Positions 12,020-24,608 of a stretch of 64,000 bases of DNA are shown in pieces. Made by a program: the position numbers and the translations under genes. The notes below the pieces were generated by a model. That model had not been told where the DNA came from and ran no database searches. It saw nothing but the letters and a program-made list of their open reading frames with translations. Origin of the DNA: Somniosus microcephalus (lineage: Eukaryota); NCBI GenBank assembly GCA_052327205.1, contig CM126231.1, positions 9,982,001 through 10,046,000 of the forward strand. The letters are read 5' to 3'. Positions within the stretch are counted from its first letter, which is position 1, and the number at the start of each line of letters is the position of its first letter.

Positions 12020-12955
12020 AGGTAGCATAGTGGTTATGTTACTGGACTAGTAATCCAGAGGCCTGGACTGATAAATCTGAGTTAGAGTCATCGTTATACA
12101 ACACAGAAAGAGGCCCTTCGGCCCATCGTGTCCATGCCGGCCATCAAGCCCTGTCTATTCTAATCCCATTTACCAGCACTTGGTCCGTAGCCTTGTATGC
12201 TATGGCGTTCCAAGTGCTCATCTAAATGCTTCTTGAATGTTGTGAGGGTTCCTGCCTCTACCACCCTTTCAGGCAGTGAGTTCCAGATTCCAACCACCCT
12301 CTGGGTGAAAAAGTTTTTCCTCAAATCCCCTCTAAACCTCCTGCCCCTTACCTTGAAACTATGCCCCCTGGTTATTGACCCCTCTACTAAAGGGGAAAAG
12401 TTCCTTTCTATCTACCCTATCTATGCCCTTCATAATTTTGTACACCTCAATCAGGTCCCCCCTCAGCCTTCTCTGCTCTAAGGAAAACAACCCCAGCCTG
12501 TCCAGTCTCTCCTCATAGCTGAAGCGCTCCAGCCCAGGTAACATCCTGGTGAATCTCCTCTGCACCCTCTCCAATGCAATCACATCCTTCCTATAGTGTG
12601 GCGTGAGTTCAAATCCCTCCACGGCAGCTAGGGAATTTAAATTCAATTAATTAAATTTAAAAATCTGCAATAAAAACCATGAAACTACCAGATTGTTGTA
12701 AAAACCCATCTGGTTCACTAATGCCCTTCAGGGAAGGAAATCAACTGTCCTTCCCCCCCCTGTCTGGTCTATGTGTAACTCCAGACCCACGGCAATGTAG
12801 GTTGACTCTTAACTGTCCTCTGAAATGGTCTCGCAAGTCACTCAGTTGTATTCAAGGAAGGCGGCTCACCACCACCTGCTCAAATGTAAATAGGGATGGG
12901 CAACAAATGCTGGCCTTGCCAGCGACGCCCACATCCCGTGAACGAATAAAAAAAA
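12020..12955 (+). mobile_element. tRNA-derived SINE with the tail of the 10240 LINE family, split by CR1
   Basis: Head GGTAGCATAGTGG (12021), B box GAGTTCAAATCC (about 12605), 3' tail matches 10975-11078; second copy at 63755. Confidence 0.75.
12085..12602 (-). mobile_element. CR1 3' fragment inserted in a SINE
   Basis: LERVQRRFTRMLPG..RRLRGDLIEVYK peptide. Confidence 0.85.
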
Positions 12956-13216
12956 TCTCACTTGTTCCTGGCATGAATTGTCCCATCCCTTTCGCACTGT
13001 CCATCATCACTGTGTCATTTCTCATCTCTGTCCTTTAAATGTGCAGGTCACTCAATTGAGCATAGATTTTTTAATAGCTGGGGTGGGGCAACTTATTAAT
13101 GGATCATCTTCTACGTGAATGTATACGTTTGACCATCACATTCAGTGTTTGCTTAACATTCGGTACAAAGACAAAGCCCCTTCAAAACACAACCATCAGC
13201 TTCATGTCTTAGAAAC

Positions 13217-14030
13217 AGTGGGCAGTAAGGTGGCAGATGGAGTATAATGTAGGGAAATGTGAGGTTATTCACTTTGGTAGGAAGAATAGAAAAACAGAAT
13301 ATTTTTTAAATGGTGAGAAACTTTCAAATGTTGGTGTTCAGAGAGATTTGGGTGTCCTTCTGCAAGAAACACAGGAAGCCAGCATGCAGGTAGAGCAAGC
13401 AATAAGGAAGGTAAATGGCATGTTGGCCTTTATTGCAAGGGGGTTGTAGTATAAGAGTAAGGAAGTCTTGCTCCAATTGTACAGGACCTTGGTGAGACCA
13501 CACCTGGAGTACTGTGCACAGTTTTGGTCTCCTTATCGAAGGAAGGATATACTTGCCTTGGAGGCGGTGCAACGAAGGTTCACTAGATTGATTCCTGGGA
13601 TGAGAGGGCTGTCCTATGAGGAGAGATTGTGTAGAATGGGCCGATACTCACTGGAGTTTAGAAGAATGAGAGGTGATCTCATTGAAACATACAAGATTCT
13701 GAAGGGGATTGACAGGGTAGATGCTGAGAGGCTGTTTCCCCTGGCTGGAGTGTCTAGAACTAGGGGTCACAGTCTCAGGATAAGGGGTCGGCCATTTAAG
13801 ACTGAGATGAGGAGGAATTTCTTCACTCAGAGGGTTGTGAATCTTTGGAATTCTCCGCCCCAGAGGACTGTGAATGCTGAATCTTTGAGTATATTCAAGG
13901 CTGAGATAGATAGATTTTGGGACTCTAGGGGAATCAAGGGATACGGAGTTGAGGTCGATGATCAGCTGTGATCTTATTGAATGGCGGAGCAGGCTCGAGG
14001 GGCCGAATGGCTGACTCCTGTTCTTACGGC
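13217..14030 (+). mobile_element. CR1 3' fragment
   Basis: ORFs 13237-13449 and 13468-13971 (RPHLEYC, RRMRGDLIE, WNS). Confidence 0.9.
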
Positions 14031-15579
14031 TGTTTTAAGAACATAAGAAGTATCGGTGCAAAACAACATTCGCCGAATTTTACTGCTTCTATATAACTTC
14101 AAAAATTGGACCAGGTATTTTGTTTAATTGTAAAATGCTTGTGGCAAATCACTGTAATTGGTAGAAAAGTATTGACTCTTTATTTTGTGATATGTGTTCC
14201 CTTGAAGTACATTCTAATTCCTTCATGAGAATAAACAACCTGCCAAAGTGTTTCATTTTTCTTTATACTATGGATGATTGAAGCTTGGAAGTTACTTTCA
14301 TGCCGATCCTTGTTGTTCTCCACTGGCTCCCCTGGCCCACGGCACATTGATTTTTGAAATCCTCATCTCTACTTGGCCCTGCAGTCTTCTCTTGGCCCTC
14401 GGTCCCCACTGGCACCAATTGCTCCTCTTGTCTGTGTTTCCCATTGCTTCTTCCTTCCACTCGACGGGCATGCCCTCCTGAAGCCTGGAATTATCTTTCT
14501 TCTTTTACCTCCCCAGCCTGCTCCATCACTCCCCACTTTCAAAACACCTTCCCCAGACCCATCTCTTCTACCGTTACCTAATGTCATCTGAACTAACTAT
14601 GTTAAACTCGTGCTCATGTCACTCCATCCCCACCCCCAGCTCCCCCGAGTTAAAGGCTCAGTGTAAACGTGAGTAGTTGTGTGATATCGTTCTAATGCGT
14701 ATCAAATTCCTCTGCTATTTTGACAAAGGCATTAATAGTTTATAAAGTGACTGGTCAATACGTGTTAAAATACTAGACAAGGAATTTGATCTGAGCACAT
14801 ACGTACGATAATATCAGAGTGCCATTTCCAGGCTTAAACAATTTTTTTTCCTAATGTTAGTTCATCTTTCGATCTTTTAAATCAGAGTAATATTACCATA
14901 GTTTCAAACCACATAAAAACATACGCTAAGGGGTTGGATCATTATTGCTGAAGAAACAAAATGTAAAAGCGCACGTCTAAACACGAGGTTCAGCTGGGTT
15001 AATAGTTAATGTAAAGATTATGATCAATATAGAGGTGCATGAACTGCATAGACAAGTACACTTTTCAAAGGCATCAGTGAGATATGGTGCTCGACGAAAG
15101 ATCTTTGACTGACACAGGAAGAGCACTGGAGACCTGCTTTATTGATGTCTGCTTCACCAGAGAAATTTTTTGATGATCTTTCCATCTCTGATAAAGTGTA
15201 ATGTAGATCAAGTGTTTACCCTCCATACTTATTTCCCCAGTGCACAAGTGTTTTGCTCGGATTAATGGGCTGGCTTGATGGCCGCTAGTCCACCTCCCTG
15301 ACATGAACATGACTAGGAACTGAAATGCGTGGTGCTTGAGCCCGGCCTTGCTTCATTCATTGGATTATGTGTGGTTGGGTTTTGAAGGTTGACGAGCACA
15401 CTTTTTTTTTTGTTAATTTTCTTCTGATATTCCCAGTATGAAGAAAAACGAACTGAGTTACTGCGAGGGCCGAGTGCCTCATAAACCCGTGACGTTATAA
15501 GGTGCAGCTATTTAATTTGAGATTACTGCATGTAACCTTTATTTACGCCTTTGTGTCCACATTCGTATACATGTTGACT

Positions 15580-16283
15580 TCGGTCGCCTGAGGAAGAGAG
15601 TGTTTGAAGACCAGGACCTCAAACCCAGCACTCAGCTCATGGTCTACAGAGCAGCAGTGATACCCGCCCTGCTGTATGCCTCAGAGACATGGACCATGTG
15701 CAGCAGGCACCTCAAAGCATTGGAGAGGTTCCACCAACGCTGCCTCTGCAAGATCCTGCAAACCCATTGGCAGGATAGGCGCACCAATGTCGGTGTTCTT
15801 GCTCAGGCCAATATCCCCAGCATCGAAGCTTTGACCACGCTCAATCAGCTCCGATGGATGGGTCACATTGTCCGCATGCCCGATACGAGATTCCCAAAAC
15901 AAGCGCTCTACTCAGAGTTCCCGCATGGCAAGAGGCCCCAGGTGGGCAGAGGAAATACTTCAAGGACACCCTCAAAGCCTCCTTGAAAAGGTGCAACATC
16001 CCCACCGACACCTGGGAATCCCTGGCCCAAGACCGCAAAAAGTGGGGGAGAAGCATCCAGGAAGGTGCCGAACACCTCGAGTCTCTTTGCCGGTAGCAAG
16101 CGGAAGCCAAGCACAAGGAGCGCACGTCGACCCAAACACCCCACCCACCCGCCTCTTCAACCACCGTCTGCCCCACCTGTGACAGAGACTGTAGGTCCCG
16201 CATTGGACTCATCAGACACCTGAGAACTCATTTTTATTGTGGCAGCAAGTCATCCTCGGTTCCGAGGGGCTGCCTAAGAGAAG
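15580..16283 (+). mobile_element. RTE-clade LINE, 5'-truncated
   Basis: LLYASETW..RFHQRCL..QLRWMGHIVRM peptide; 13-bp TSD ATACATGTTGACT (15567-79, 16284-96). Confidence 0.9.
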
Positions 16284-16336
16284 ATACATGTTGACTGCTG
16301 TTCCAGAGCCAAGGACTCCCATCCTGCTCTTTCTTT

Positions 16337-16930
16337 GTGCTGAAACTCTTATCCGTGGATTTGTTACCGCTAGACTTGACTATTCCAACGCACTCCTGGC
16401 TGGCCTCCCACATTCTACCCTACGTAAACTTGAGGTCATCCAAAACTCAGCTGCCCGTGTCCTAGGTCGCACCAGGTTCACCCATCACCCCCTGTGCTCG
16501 CTGACCAACATTGGCTCCCGGTTAAGCAGCGCCTCGATTTCAAAATTCTCATCCTTGTTTTCAAATCCCTCCATGGCCTCAACCCTCCCTAACTCTGTAA
16601 TCTCCTCCAGCCCGAGATACCTGCGCTCCTCTAATTCTGCCCTCTTGAGCATCCCTGATTATAATCGCTCAACCTTTGGTGGCTGTGCCTTCTGTTGCCT
16701 GGACCCTAAGCTCTGGAATTCCCTGCCTAAACCTCTCCGCCTCGCTACCTCTCTCTCCTCCTTTAAGACGCTCCTTAAAACCTACCTCTTTGACCAAGCT
16801 TTTGGTCACCTGCCCTAATTTCTCCTTATGTGGATCGGAGTCAAATTTTTTGTCTTATAATACCCCTGTGAAGTGCCTTGGTACGTTTTACTATGTTAAA
16901 GGCGCTATATAAATACAAGTTGTTTTTGTT
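16337..16930 (+). mobile_element. L2 LINE 3' fragment
   Basis: RLDYSNALLAGLP..IQNSAAR peptide and L2 tail. Confidence 0.9.
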
Positions 16931-17063
16931 GCTGTCCCATTTCCCATCTCCGAGTACACTTTTAGTCACCTCTTGCTCCGTGTCTGTTTCTCTCTCTCGT
17001 ACCCCTCCCCCACCTCCCATGTGAACATTCTCTATACTGTTGTGTAAGTGCAAGTTGCTGATA

Positions 17064-17220
17064 GAGAATCATAGAAACCTACAGCGCAGAAGGAGGCCAT
17101 TCGGCCCGTCGTGCCTGTGCTGGCTCTTTGAAAGAGCAGTGGTGCTCAGTCCCACCCCCACCCCCCCCCGCTTCTTGTCCGTAACCCTGTGAGTTCCTCA
17201 TCCTCAAGTACCCCGTCCAG
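17064..17220 (-). mobile_element. CR1 3' tail fragment
   Basis: ATAGAATCATAGAA-like start..GGAGGCCATTCGGCCC. Confidence 0.7.
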
Positions 17221-17573
17221 GTAGAAGAAAGAAGAATAAAAGAACTTGCATTTCCATAGCGCCTTTTACCACCTCAGGACGGCCCAGCGTGTTTTACGGC
17301 CAATGAAGTGCTTTGATGCTTTCAGCAGCCGACCGCTCAACTTTTGTGTGAAAACCGTCGTCCTCCGCGGCCTGGGACAAGCATCCATGAGTCAAGACCA
17401 GCTCAGCGCATGGGATAACACACCCGCAGAATCCATGCACTGATCACACTCGCTCGTGAGGGTGTAAGAGGTCCAGCCACTGGCCTGCGACTAAAAAAAG
17501 TCAAAATCAAATGGGCAACAAAATAAACACAGTAAGAACAACCACAAATGAGGCCACGTTAAGTCTTTATAAA

Positions 17574-18050
17574 ACATAGAAAAATAGGAGCAGGAGTCGG
17601 CCATTCGGCCCTTCGAGCCTGCTCCACCATTCAATATGATCATGGCTGATCCTCTATCTCAATACCATATTCCTGCTCTCTCCCCATACCCCTTGATGCC
17701 TTTTGCGTCTAGAAATCTATCTATCTCCTTCTTAAATATATTCAGTGACTTGGCCTCCACAGCCTTCTGTGGTAGAGAATTCCACAGGTTCACCACCTTC
17801 TGAGTGAAGAAATTTCTCCTCATCTCAGTCCTAAATGTCCTACCCCGTATCCTGAGACTGTGACCCCTCGTTCTAGACCCCCCAGCCAGGGGAAACATCC
17901 TCCCTGCATCCAGTCTGTCTAGCCCTGTCAGAATTTTATACATTTCCACAAGATCCCCTCTCATTCTTCTAAACTCATCTCTCCTCATACGACAGTCCTG
18001 ACATCCCAGGAATCAGTCTGGTGAACCTTCGCTGCACTCCCTCTATGGCA
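17574..18050 (-). mobile_element. CR1 3' fragment
   Basis: ORF 17659-17988 is a CR1 C-terminus. Confidence 0.88.
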
Positions 18051-18207
18051 AGCCTCTGCCTTTATTCACTCAGGCTTTCCAGGTGCAATTAATTAATTTA
18101 TTTTTCAATAAAGTACTGCCTTTGACCATCGCCCTCTCCCCCCGCCCCAACCCTTCTATTTTAATGAAATGAATTGAAATCAATGGAAATTAAGCTTGTT
18201 CAGGTCC

Positions 18208-18645
18208 TGAGGAGAGATTGGGTCGATTAGGTTTATATTCGCTAGAGTTTAGAAGAATGAGAGGGGATCTCATTGAAACTTATAAAATTCTAACAGGACT
18301 AGATGCAGGAAGGATGTTCCCGATGGCGGGGGAGTCCAGAACCAGGGGTCACAGTCTAAGGATAAGGGGTAAGCCATTTAGGACTGAGATGAGGAGGAAT
18401 TTCTTCACCCAGAGAGTGGTGAACCTGTGGAATTCTCTGCCACACAGGGCAGCTGAGGCCAATTCATTAAATATATTCAAGAAGGAGTTGGATATATTTC
18501 TTGAGGCTAAAGGGATCAAGGGATATGGGGAGAAGGCAGGAACAGGGTACTGAATTTGGATGATCAGCCATGATCTCATTAAATGGCGGAGCAGGCTCGA
18601 GGGGCTGAATGGCCTACTCCTGCTCCTATCTGCTATGTTTCTATG
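18208..18645 (+). mobile_element. CR1 3' fragment
   Basis: ORF 18218-18553 is a CR1 C-terminus; CTATGTTTCTATGT tail. Confidence 0.88.
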
Positions 18646-19019
18646 TAACACGGATGACCCGTGCCACCGGATTGCAGCCCATCTTTTTTTTACAGGGTCC
18701 GCTCATGTCGGGGTTGCTCGACCCTAGATTGCCCTGTCAATGATACGGCTTGGCTATCCCCCAACTGGGTATAACAAGGCTTTAGTGTCACATTGGCAGA
18801 ATCGATCATGCACGCAAATGTTCAAGCAACAACGTACAGAATCAAGGTCGGTATTACCGGGCCCGAGTCTCTGCGGAGCAGCACAGCATTGTAGATCTGG
18901 TTCAGATCTGCTGTGTTTTGTTCTGTTTCACTTTTACCCCTTTCTTTATGGCTCTGTGGTGCATGCCCCCTCCCCCGCATCAAGCTGAAACTCATTGGAT
19001 CCAATCTGTGTAGTTTCAA

Positions 19020-20350
19020 TCAGCCATTCTCTTCACTACAAGCCCACTGACTCCCACAGCTATCTGGACTACACTTCCTCCCACCCCGCCTCCTGTAAGG
19101 ATTCTATTCCATTCTCCCAGTTTCTCTGTCTCCACCGCATCTGCTCCGACGATGCCACCTTCCACACCGGTGCTTCCGACATGTCTTCCTTTTTCCTCAA
19201 CCGAGGATTCCCCTCTACCGTGGTTGATATGGCCCTCGACCGTGTCCGTTCTATCTCCCGCACTTCTGCCCTCACCCCTGCCCCTCCCTCCCGGAACCAC
19301 GATAGAGTCCCCCTTGTCCTCACCTTTCACCCCACCAGCCTCCACATTCAACGCATCATCCGCTGCCATTTCCGCCACCTCCAACGTGATCCCACCACCA
19401 AACGCATCTTCCCCTCGCCTCCCCTTTTAGCATTCTGTAGGGACTGCTCCCTCCGAGACACCCTAGTCCACTCCCCTAGCACCCCTTCCCCTTCGCCCGG
19501 CACCTTCCCGTGCAAGCGCAGGAGGTGCAACACCTGCCCTTATACCTCCCCGCTTCCCACTGTCCAGGGCCCCAAACACCCCTTCCAGGTGAAACAGCAA
19601 TTTACTTGTACTTCTTGCAATCTAGTACACTGTATTCGCTGCTCACGATGTGGTCTCCTCTACATTGGGGAGACCAAACGCAGATTGGGTGACCGCTTTG
19701 CGGAACACCTCCATTCAGTCCGTAAGGGTGACCCCGAGCTTCCGGTCACCTGTCATTTTAATTCACCGCTCCATTCCCACTCGGACCTCACCGTCCTTGG
19801 GCTCTTGCATTGTTCCACGGAAGCTCAGCGTAAGCTCGAGGAACAGCACCTCATCTTCCGTTTAGGCACTTTACAGCCTTCCGGACTCAATATCGAGTTC
19901 AACAATTTCAGACCATAACTTCGGCCCCTATCATATTTATATATTTTTTATCCACACTTTTGGTTTGTGCCTTTTCCTTTTTTTTCTCTCTCCCACATGG
20001 CAGCTGTCTCTCACTCTGCCAGCGCATTTCACACTTCCTCCAGAGCCATCCTTTGTTTCTTAATCTGTCCTATTACCATCTCGTCTCGCCTTGAGTATCT
20101 CTTAATGTCTCTTCACCTCCCACAGACCTTCCCTTTTGTTCTTTCATTCCCTCCCCCATTTCCCAGCCCCCAACTTGCTTTTTCCTCTGTTTCATTTCCT
20201 GCTTTTTTTTTTCTCAGTTCTGAAGAAGGGTTTCGACCTGAAACGTTGACCCTGTTTCTCTCTCCACAGATGTTGCCTGGCCTGCTGAGTTTTTCCAGCT
20301 TTTTCTGTTGTTATTTCAGATTTCCAGCATCCGCAGTATTTTGCTATCGT
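19020..20350 (+). mobile_element. Penelope-like retroelement, 5'-truncated (RT C-terminus, Cys linker, GIY-YIG endonuclease, 3' hammerhead motif)
   Basis: ORF 18995-19918: YKPTDSHSYLDY..HP, CKRRRCNTC, VHCIRCSRCGLLYIGET..RFAEH, GLN; CTGAAGA..GAAACGTT at 20220-20247. Confidence 0.92.
20216..20251 (+). ncRNA. Minimal type I hammerhead ribozyme motif
   Basis: AGTT-CTGAAGA-AGGGT(TTCG)ACCT-GAAA-CG-TT-GACC downstream of the Penelope ORF. Confidence 0.6.
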
Positions 20351-20493
20351 ATTCTGTTACACAGACTATTGTGTCCCTGTTTGCCTGGAACTAGGTGCGA
20401 CTTCTTGTGAATTAATTGTCAAAGCATGCAATTGATAAGTTGATAACGGTTAACAAACTCATGTAACAGTTAACGAGGCATCATAAACATCCT

Positions 20494-20710
20494 AAATAAC
20501 AACAGAAAATGCTGGAAAAACTCAGCAGGCCAGACAACATCTGTGGAGAGAAAATAGAGTCAACGTTTCGGGTCAAAACCCTTTGTCAAGACCCGATTTT
20601 GACCCGAAATGTTGACTGTTTCTCTCTCCACGGATGTTGCCTGGCTGCTGAATTTTTCCAGCATTTTCTGTTGTTATTTCGGATTTCCAGCATCTGCAGT
20701 ATCTTGCTAT
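20494..20710. mobile_element. Penelope-derived fold-back element
   Basis: About 90-bp inverted arms; 15-bp TSD CATCATAAACATCCT (20479-93, 20711-25). Confidence 0.82.
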
Positions 20711-20890
20711 CATCATAAACATCCTGATTGGCTCCACTCTGTCTAGCTTCAACCATCTAACAGTTAACAAGGTTATCTAACCCTGATTTAGAAGAGTTAA
20801 TTCATAAAAATGGTTACTTCACCATACTTCAACACTCCCCAACTTGAGTCAGATGAACTCCCTCTGATCCATCACTATCATTCCCTTATT

Positions 20891-21656
20891 GGCCCAGAAA
20901 TTCGGGTCGGGGGCTTCCCGCGGGTGCAAGCCCCCGACCTGCACTTACATTGCGCGCCGGCCGTTGAGCTCTGGGCTCCTGTGGAATTCCGCTCCGGGGC
21001 CTGGCCCAGCTGCCGGCACGCAGTGCTTGCATGTCCCAGGGGCGTAGTTACTGCGATTCGTCCCCTGGGATCACGTGGGCCATGGGCAGCCAATCGGAGG
21101 AGGGAAAAGCCTATTCATAAGATTGACAGGAAGACCTGTCAAAACTTATAAATACTACGGCCCCAAAATAGCAGTAAACCTTCAAATAATTTTTTTTTTA
21201 AATCACACTTTTTAAATAAACTATAAATTACATTAAATAACTATTTTAAACAATAATTTAAATTTTTGAAAAAAATAATTTTATATTCTAACGGGGCTAA
21301 AAATAAACTTACCTTGCTTTAAAGTATTTAAAAATAATAAACCTGTGGAAAAAATGTTTTAATTTTAATTAATTGACCACTTACCTTGTAAAAAGCAGGC
21401 CTTACGCCTGCTTTTTACATTTCTAAATCCTGCAGGCTTACGATCCCGGGAAAACCTGCAAAAAAAAAACCTAAGTTTGATGCGCACGCGCAGCCTCTGC
21501 TGTGCGCGTGTTCGACCTCTGAACCTCTTCGTTCAGAGGAACGGAAGTGCCGGTTTCCCGCGCATGCGCAGTGCATGCAGAAAACCGGCACTTCCATTGG
21601 GCCTACGGGTGAGTACCCCGTGCGTACTCACCCGTGGAGACCCGAATTTCTGGGCC
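20891..21656 (+). mobile_element. PIF/Harbinger-like MITE, GGCCCAGAAATTCG family, copy 3
   Basis: Perfect 18-bp TIR, TSD ATT. Confidence 0.88.
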
Positions 21657-22069
21657 ATTAAAGCTGCCATTTTATGTCTACCTACTTTCTTATTTAACAC
21701 CTTTTTTTCTAATAACATCCCTCAAATGAGCAAAACCCTCAGTATCACAATCTGAGTGACAATTAAAGATACAGATAACAAGCAGTAGCACGAACCATTA
21801 TACAGCATGAGTGGGTTCCTACTTGTTGGATTTGTCTCTTCGCTTGCCTCATTGTCCTGAAGCATGTATCGGTGTTCTAGGCTATAGCTTAAAATGCGGA
21901 GAAGGTGAAAAAGTCATAGTTCAACGGCTGTGGTTTTTCCAGAATCAAACTTCCAATAATAACCGCAGAATCCAAAGAATGTTCCATGGATTTCCAGGAG
22001 CACCTCCCTTTTACACCATCATTAATCATGCTTTATGAATACAGCTCCTAAATAAAAATGTCAATTAAA

Positions 22070-22520
22070 AAGAAAGACTTGCATTTCTATAGCGCCTTTC
22101 ACGACCACCAGACGTCCCAAAGCGTTTTACAGCCAATGAAGTACTGTCACTGTTGTAATGTGGGAAACACAGCAGCCAATTGGCGCACAGCAAGCTCCCA
22201 CAAGCAGCAATGTGATAATGACCAGATAATCTGTTTTTTAGTGATGTTGATTGAGGGATAAACACTGGCTAGGACACCGGAGATAGCTCCTTCTTTGAAA
22301 TAGTACCATGGGATCTTTTAATGTCCAACCTGAGCGAGCAGATGGGGCTTCGGTTTTTATTGCCTCATCTGAAAGCCGGCATCTACCGACAGTGCAGCAT
22401 TCCCTCAGCACTGCACTGGAGTGTCAGCCTAGATTTTTGTGCTCAAGTCTCTGGAGTGGGACTTGAACCCACAACCTTCTGACTCAGAGGCGAGAGTGCC
22501 ACCCACTGAGCCACGGCTCA
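22070..22520 (-). mobile_element. Deu-domain SINE
   Basis: Family similarity. Confidence 0.85.
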
Positions 22521-22853
22521 TTGGAAGTGGCAATACTGGCATTGCTGATATGCAACCTCACTGGCCAACAGCCGACATCGAGATAAATATGAATTTGTGC
22601 CACACAAATAATATTGTCTGCGCTGCATAATATTTGCAGGCAGTCAGCTGCATGGTGTCACTGTGGGGAACTGAGACTCTGGCAACTGTCAGATTTCTTT
22701 TATTTGCAATGAATTCCAAATCTCTCAAATTCCACTCGGAGGTAGTAGAGAGTGGAGGAAGGACAGAACATCAACAGGAAGGTGTTGCCCACGGAGGGAT
22801 TGAACCATTCCTGCCCCCTTCTCGTGGCCAGCTCTGATCTGAGCGGAGACCAA

Positions 22854-23533
22854 GGGGGAAAAATTCAGTTGTTTGCGCCTCCCGTTAGCGCCTTAAGAGG
22901 GCGCCAATTGGGGCGCAAAGCAACTAGCGCCCGGGCGCGGCAATGTTTGCGCCGCTCGCGAAATTAACTAGACATTTTGCGGTGGCGCTAAACACTACCG
23001 CCATGATCTCCTGCGCCGGCAGATCATGACGTCAGTCGAGTGCGCAACGCCCCATTAGCGCCCCGGACCGGATATTGAGTGGCGCCCCCTGCCTTACCGC
23101 CTGCCGCTAGCAACGACAGGTTGAGGGGAGCGTTTTGCTGTCAGAAAGGGACTGGGGGAGCGCTATTTAAAGGCAACCGCTTCCTGCCTTTTTTTGTCAG
23201 TGACATTTTTGCACCACGCATTCAGAGAGGGAGAGAGAGAGAGACTTCTGGAGAGATTCAACGCTGTGTGAAGGAGTTTTGGGTACTGAGCAGCACTTTG
23301 CAGGTTCATTTTGATTTGCCCTTCCTTGCTTCGCCAGCACTCTGAGGTAACGCCTCATTCCTCGGCCTTTGCACCTTAAGACAGGTGTGAAGCACCTGAT
23401 ATAGCACTCCAATCACCTCCAAGGGTGATAAAAGCCAAGTTTGCTGTTGGAGGCGATAATTAGCGCCAGGCGCTAAACTTTGCGCACGGCCGATAATGGC
23501 GCCCCAAACGGGGCGATACTGAATTTTTCCCCC
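22854..23533. mobile_element. Harbinger-like MITE (GGGGGAAAAATTCAGT TIR)
   Basis: 16-bp perfect TIR, 3-bp TSD CAA, subterminal GGCGC repeats. Confidence 0.85.
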
Positions 23534-23954
23534 CAACTTTTTAACTGGTTGAAACTTGGTTGCCTAAGTGACATTCTCCTGCGATCAATACATGCACAGA
23601 AGGGGCAGCAAATGACAGTATTTGTAGCCACATTGCAGTGAAACTCTGCAGTAAACTGTCTTCTGATAAATCATCCCTGTGTTACTGAAATGTTTTAGGA
23701 ATTCCTATCAGTGCAGCTGTCAGTGTGCCACAAGAAATCCCATTATAGAGCTGCCATTCCTTTACTGCTGGTAACTCAGTTGCTTTCTTTGGGACCCACC
23801 TGAGGTGATGTTTTGACACTGGTTCTGTATTGTGTTGACTCCAATGCAACACGGCGAAAATGAACAACAACCCAAGGTGGTTGCATGTCTTGACAGGCAA
23901 GACCAACTCCTCAGGTTCAGCGTCGGTAATAGAAAGCTGCATTTTCAAGTAGGG

Positions 23955-24590
23955 ATTTATTGCCCATCCCTAGTTGCCCTTGAGAAGGTGGTGGCGAGCC
24001 GCCGCCTTGAACCGCTGCAGTCCCAGTGGTGAAGGTGCTCCCACAGTGCTGTTCGGGAGGGAGTTCCAGGGTTTTGACCCAGCGACGATGAAGGAGCAGC
24101 GATACATTTCCAAGTCAGGATGGTGTGTGTGACTTGGAGGGGCACTTGCAGGCGATGGTGTTCCCAAGCTCCTGCTGCCCTTGTCCCTCTAGGTGGTAGA
24201 GGTTGCAGGTTTGGGACGTGCTTTCGAAGAAGCCTTGGTGAGTTGCTGCAGAGCATCTTGTAGATTGTGCACACTGCAGCCACGGTGCACCAGTGGCGGA
24301 GGGAGTGAATGTTTAAGGTGGTGGATGGGGTGCCAATCAAGCGGGCTGCTTTGTCCTGGATGGTGTCAAGCTTCTTGACTGTTGTTGGAGCTGCACTCAT
24401 CCAGGCAAGTGGAGAGTATTCCATCACACTCCTTACTTGTGCCCTGTAGATGGTGGAAAGGCTTTGGGGAGTCAGGAGGTGAGACACTCGCTGCAGAATA
24501 CCTAGCCTCTGGCCTGCTCTTGTGGTCACAGTATTTATGTGGCTGGTCCAGTTAAGGTTCTGGTCAGTGGTGAGTCCCAGGGGTCACCAT
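23955..24590 (-). mobile_element. CR1/L2-group LINE 3' fragment (10240 family)
   Basis: ORF 23957-24529 near-identical to 10369-10935. Confidence 0.85.
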
Positions 24591-24608
24591 TGTGTGGATC
24601 CACTAGTT

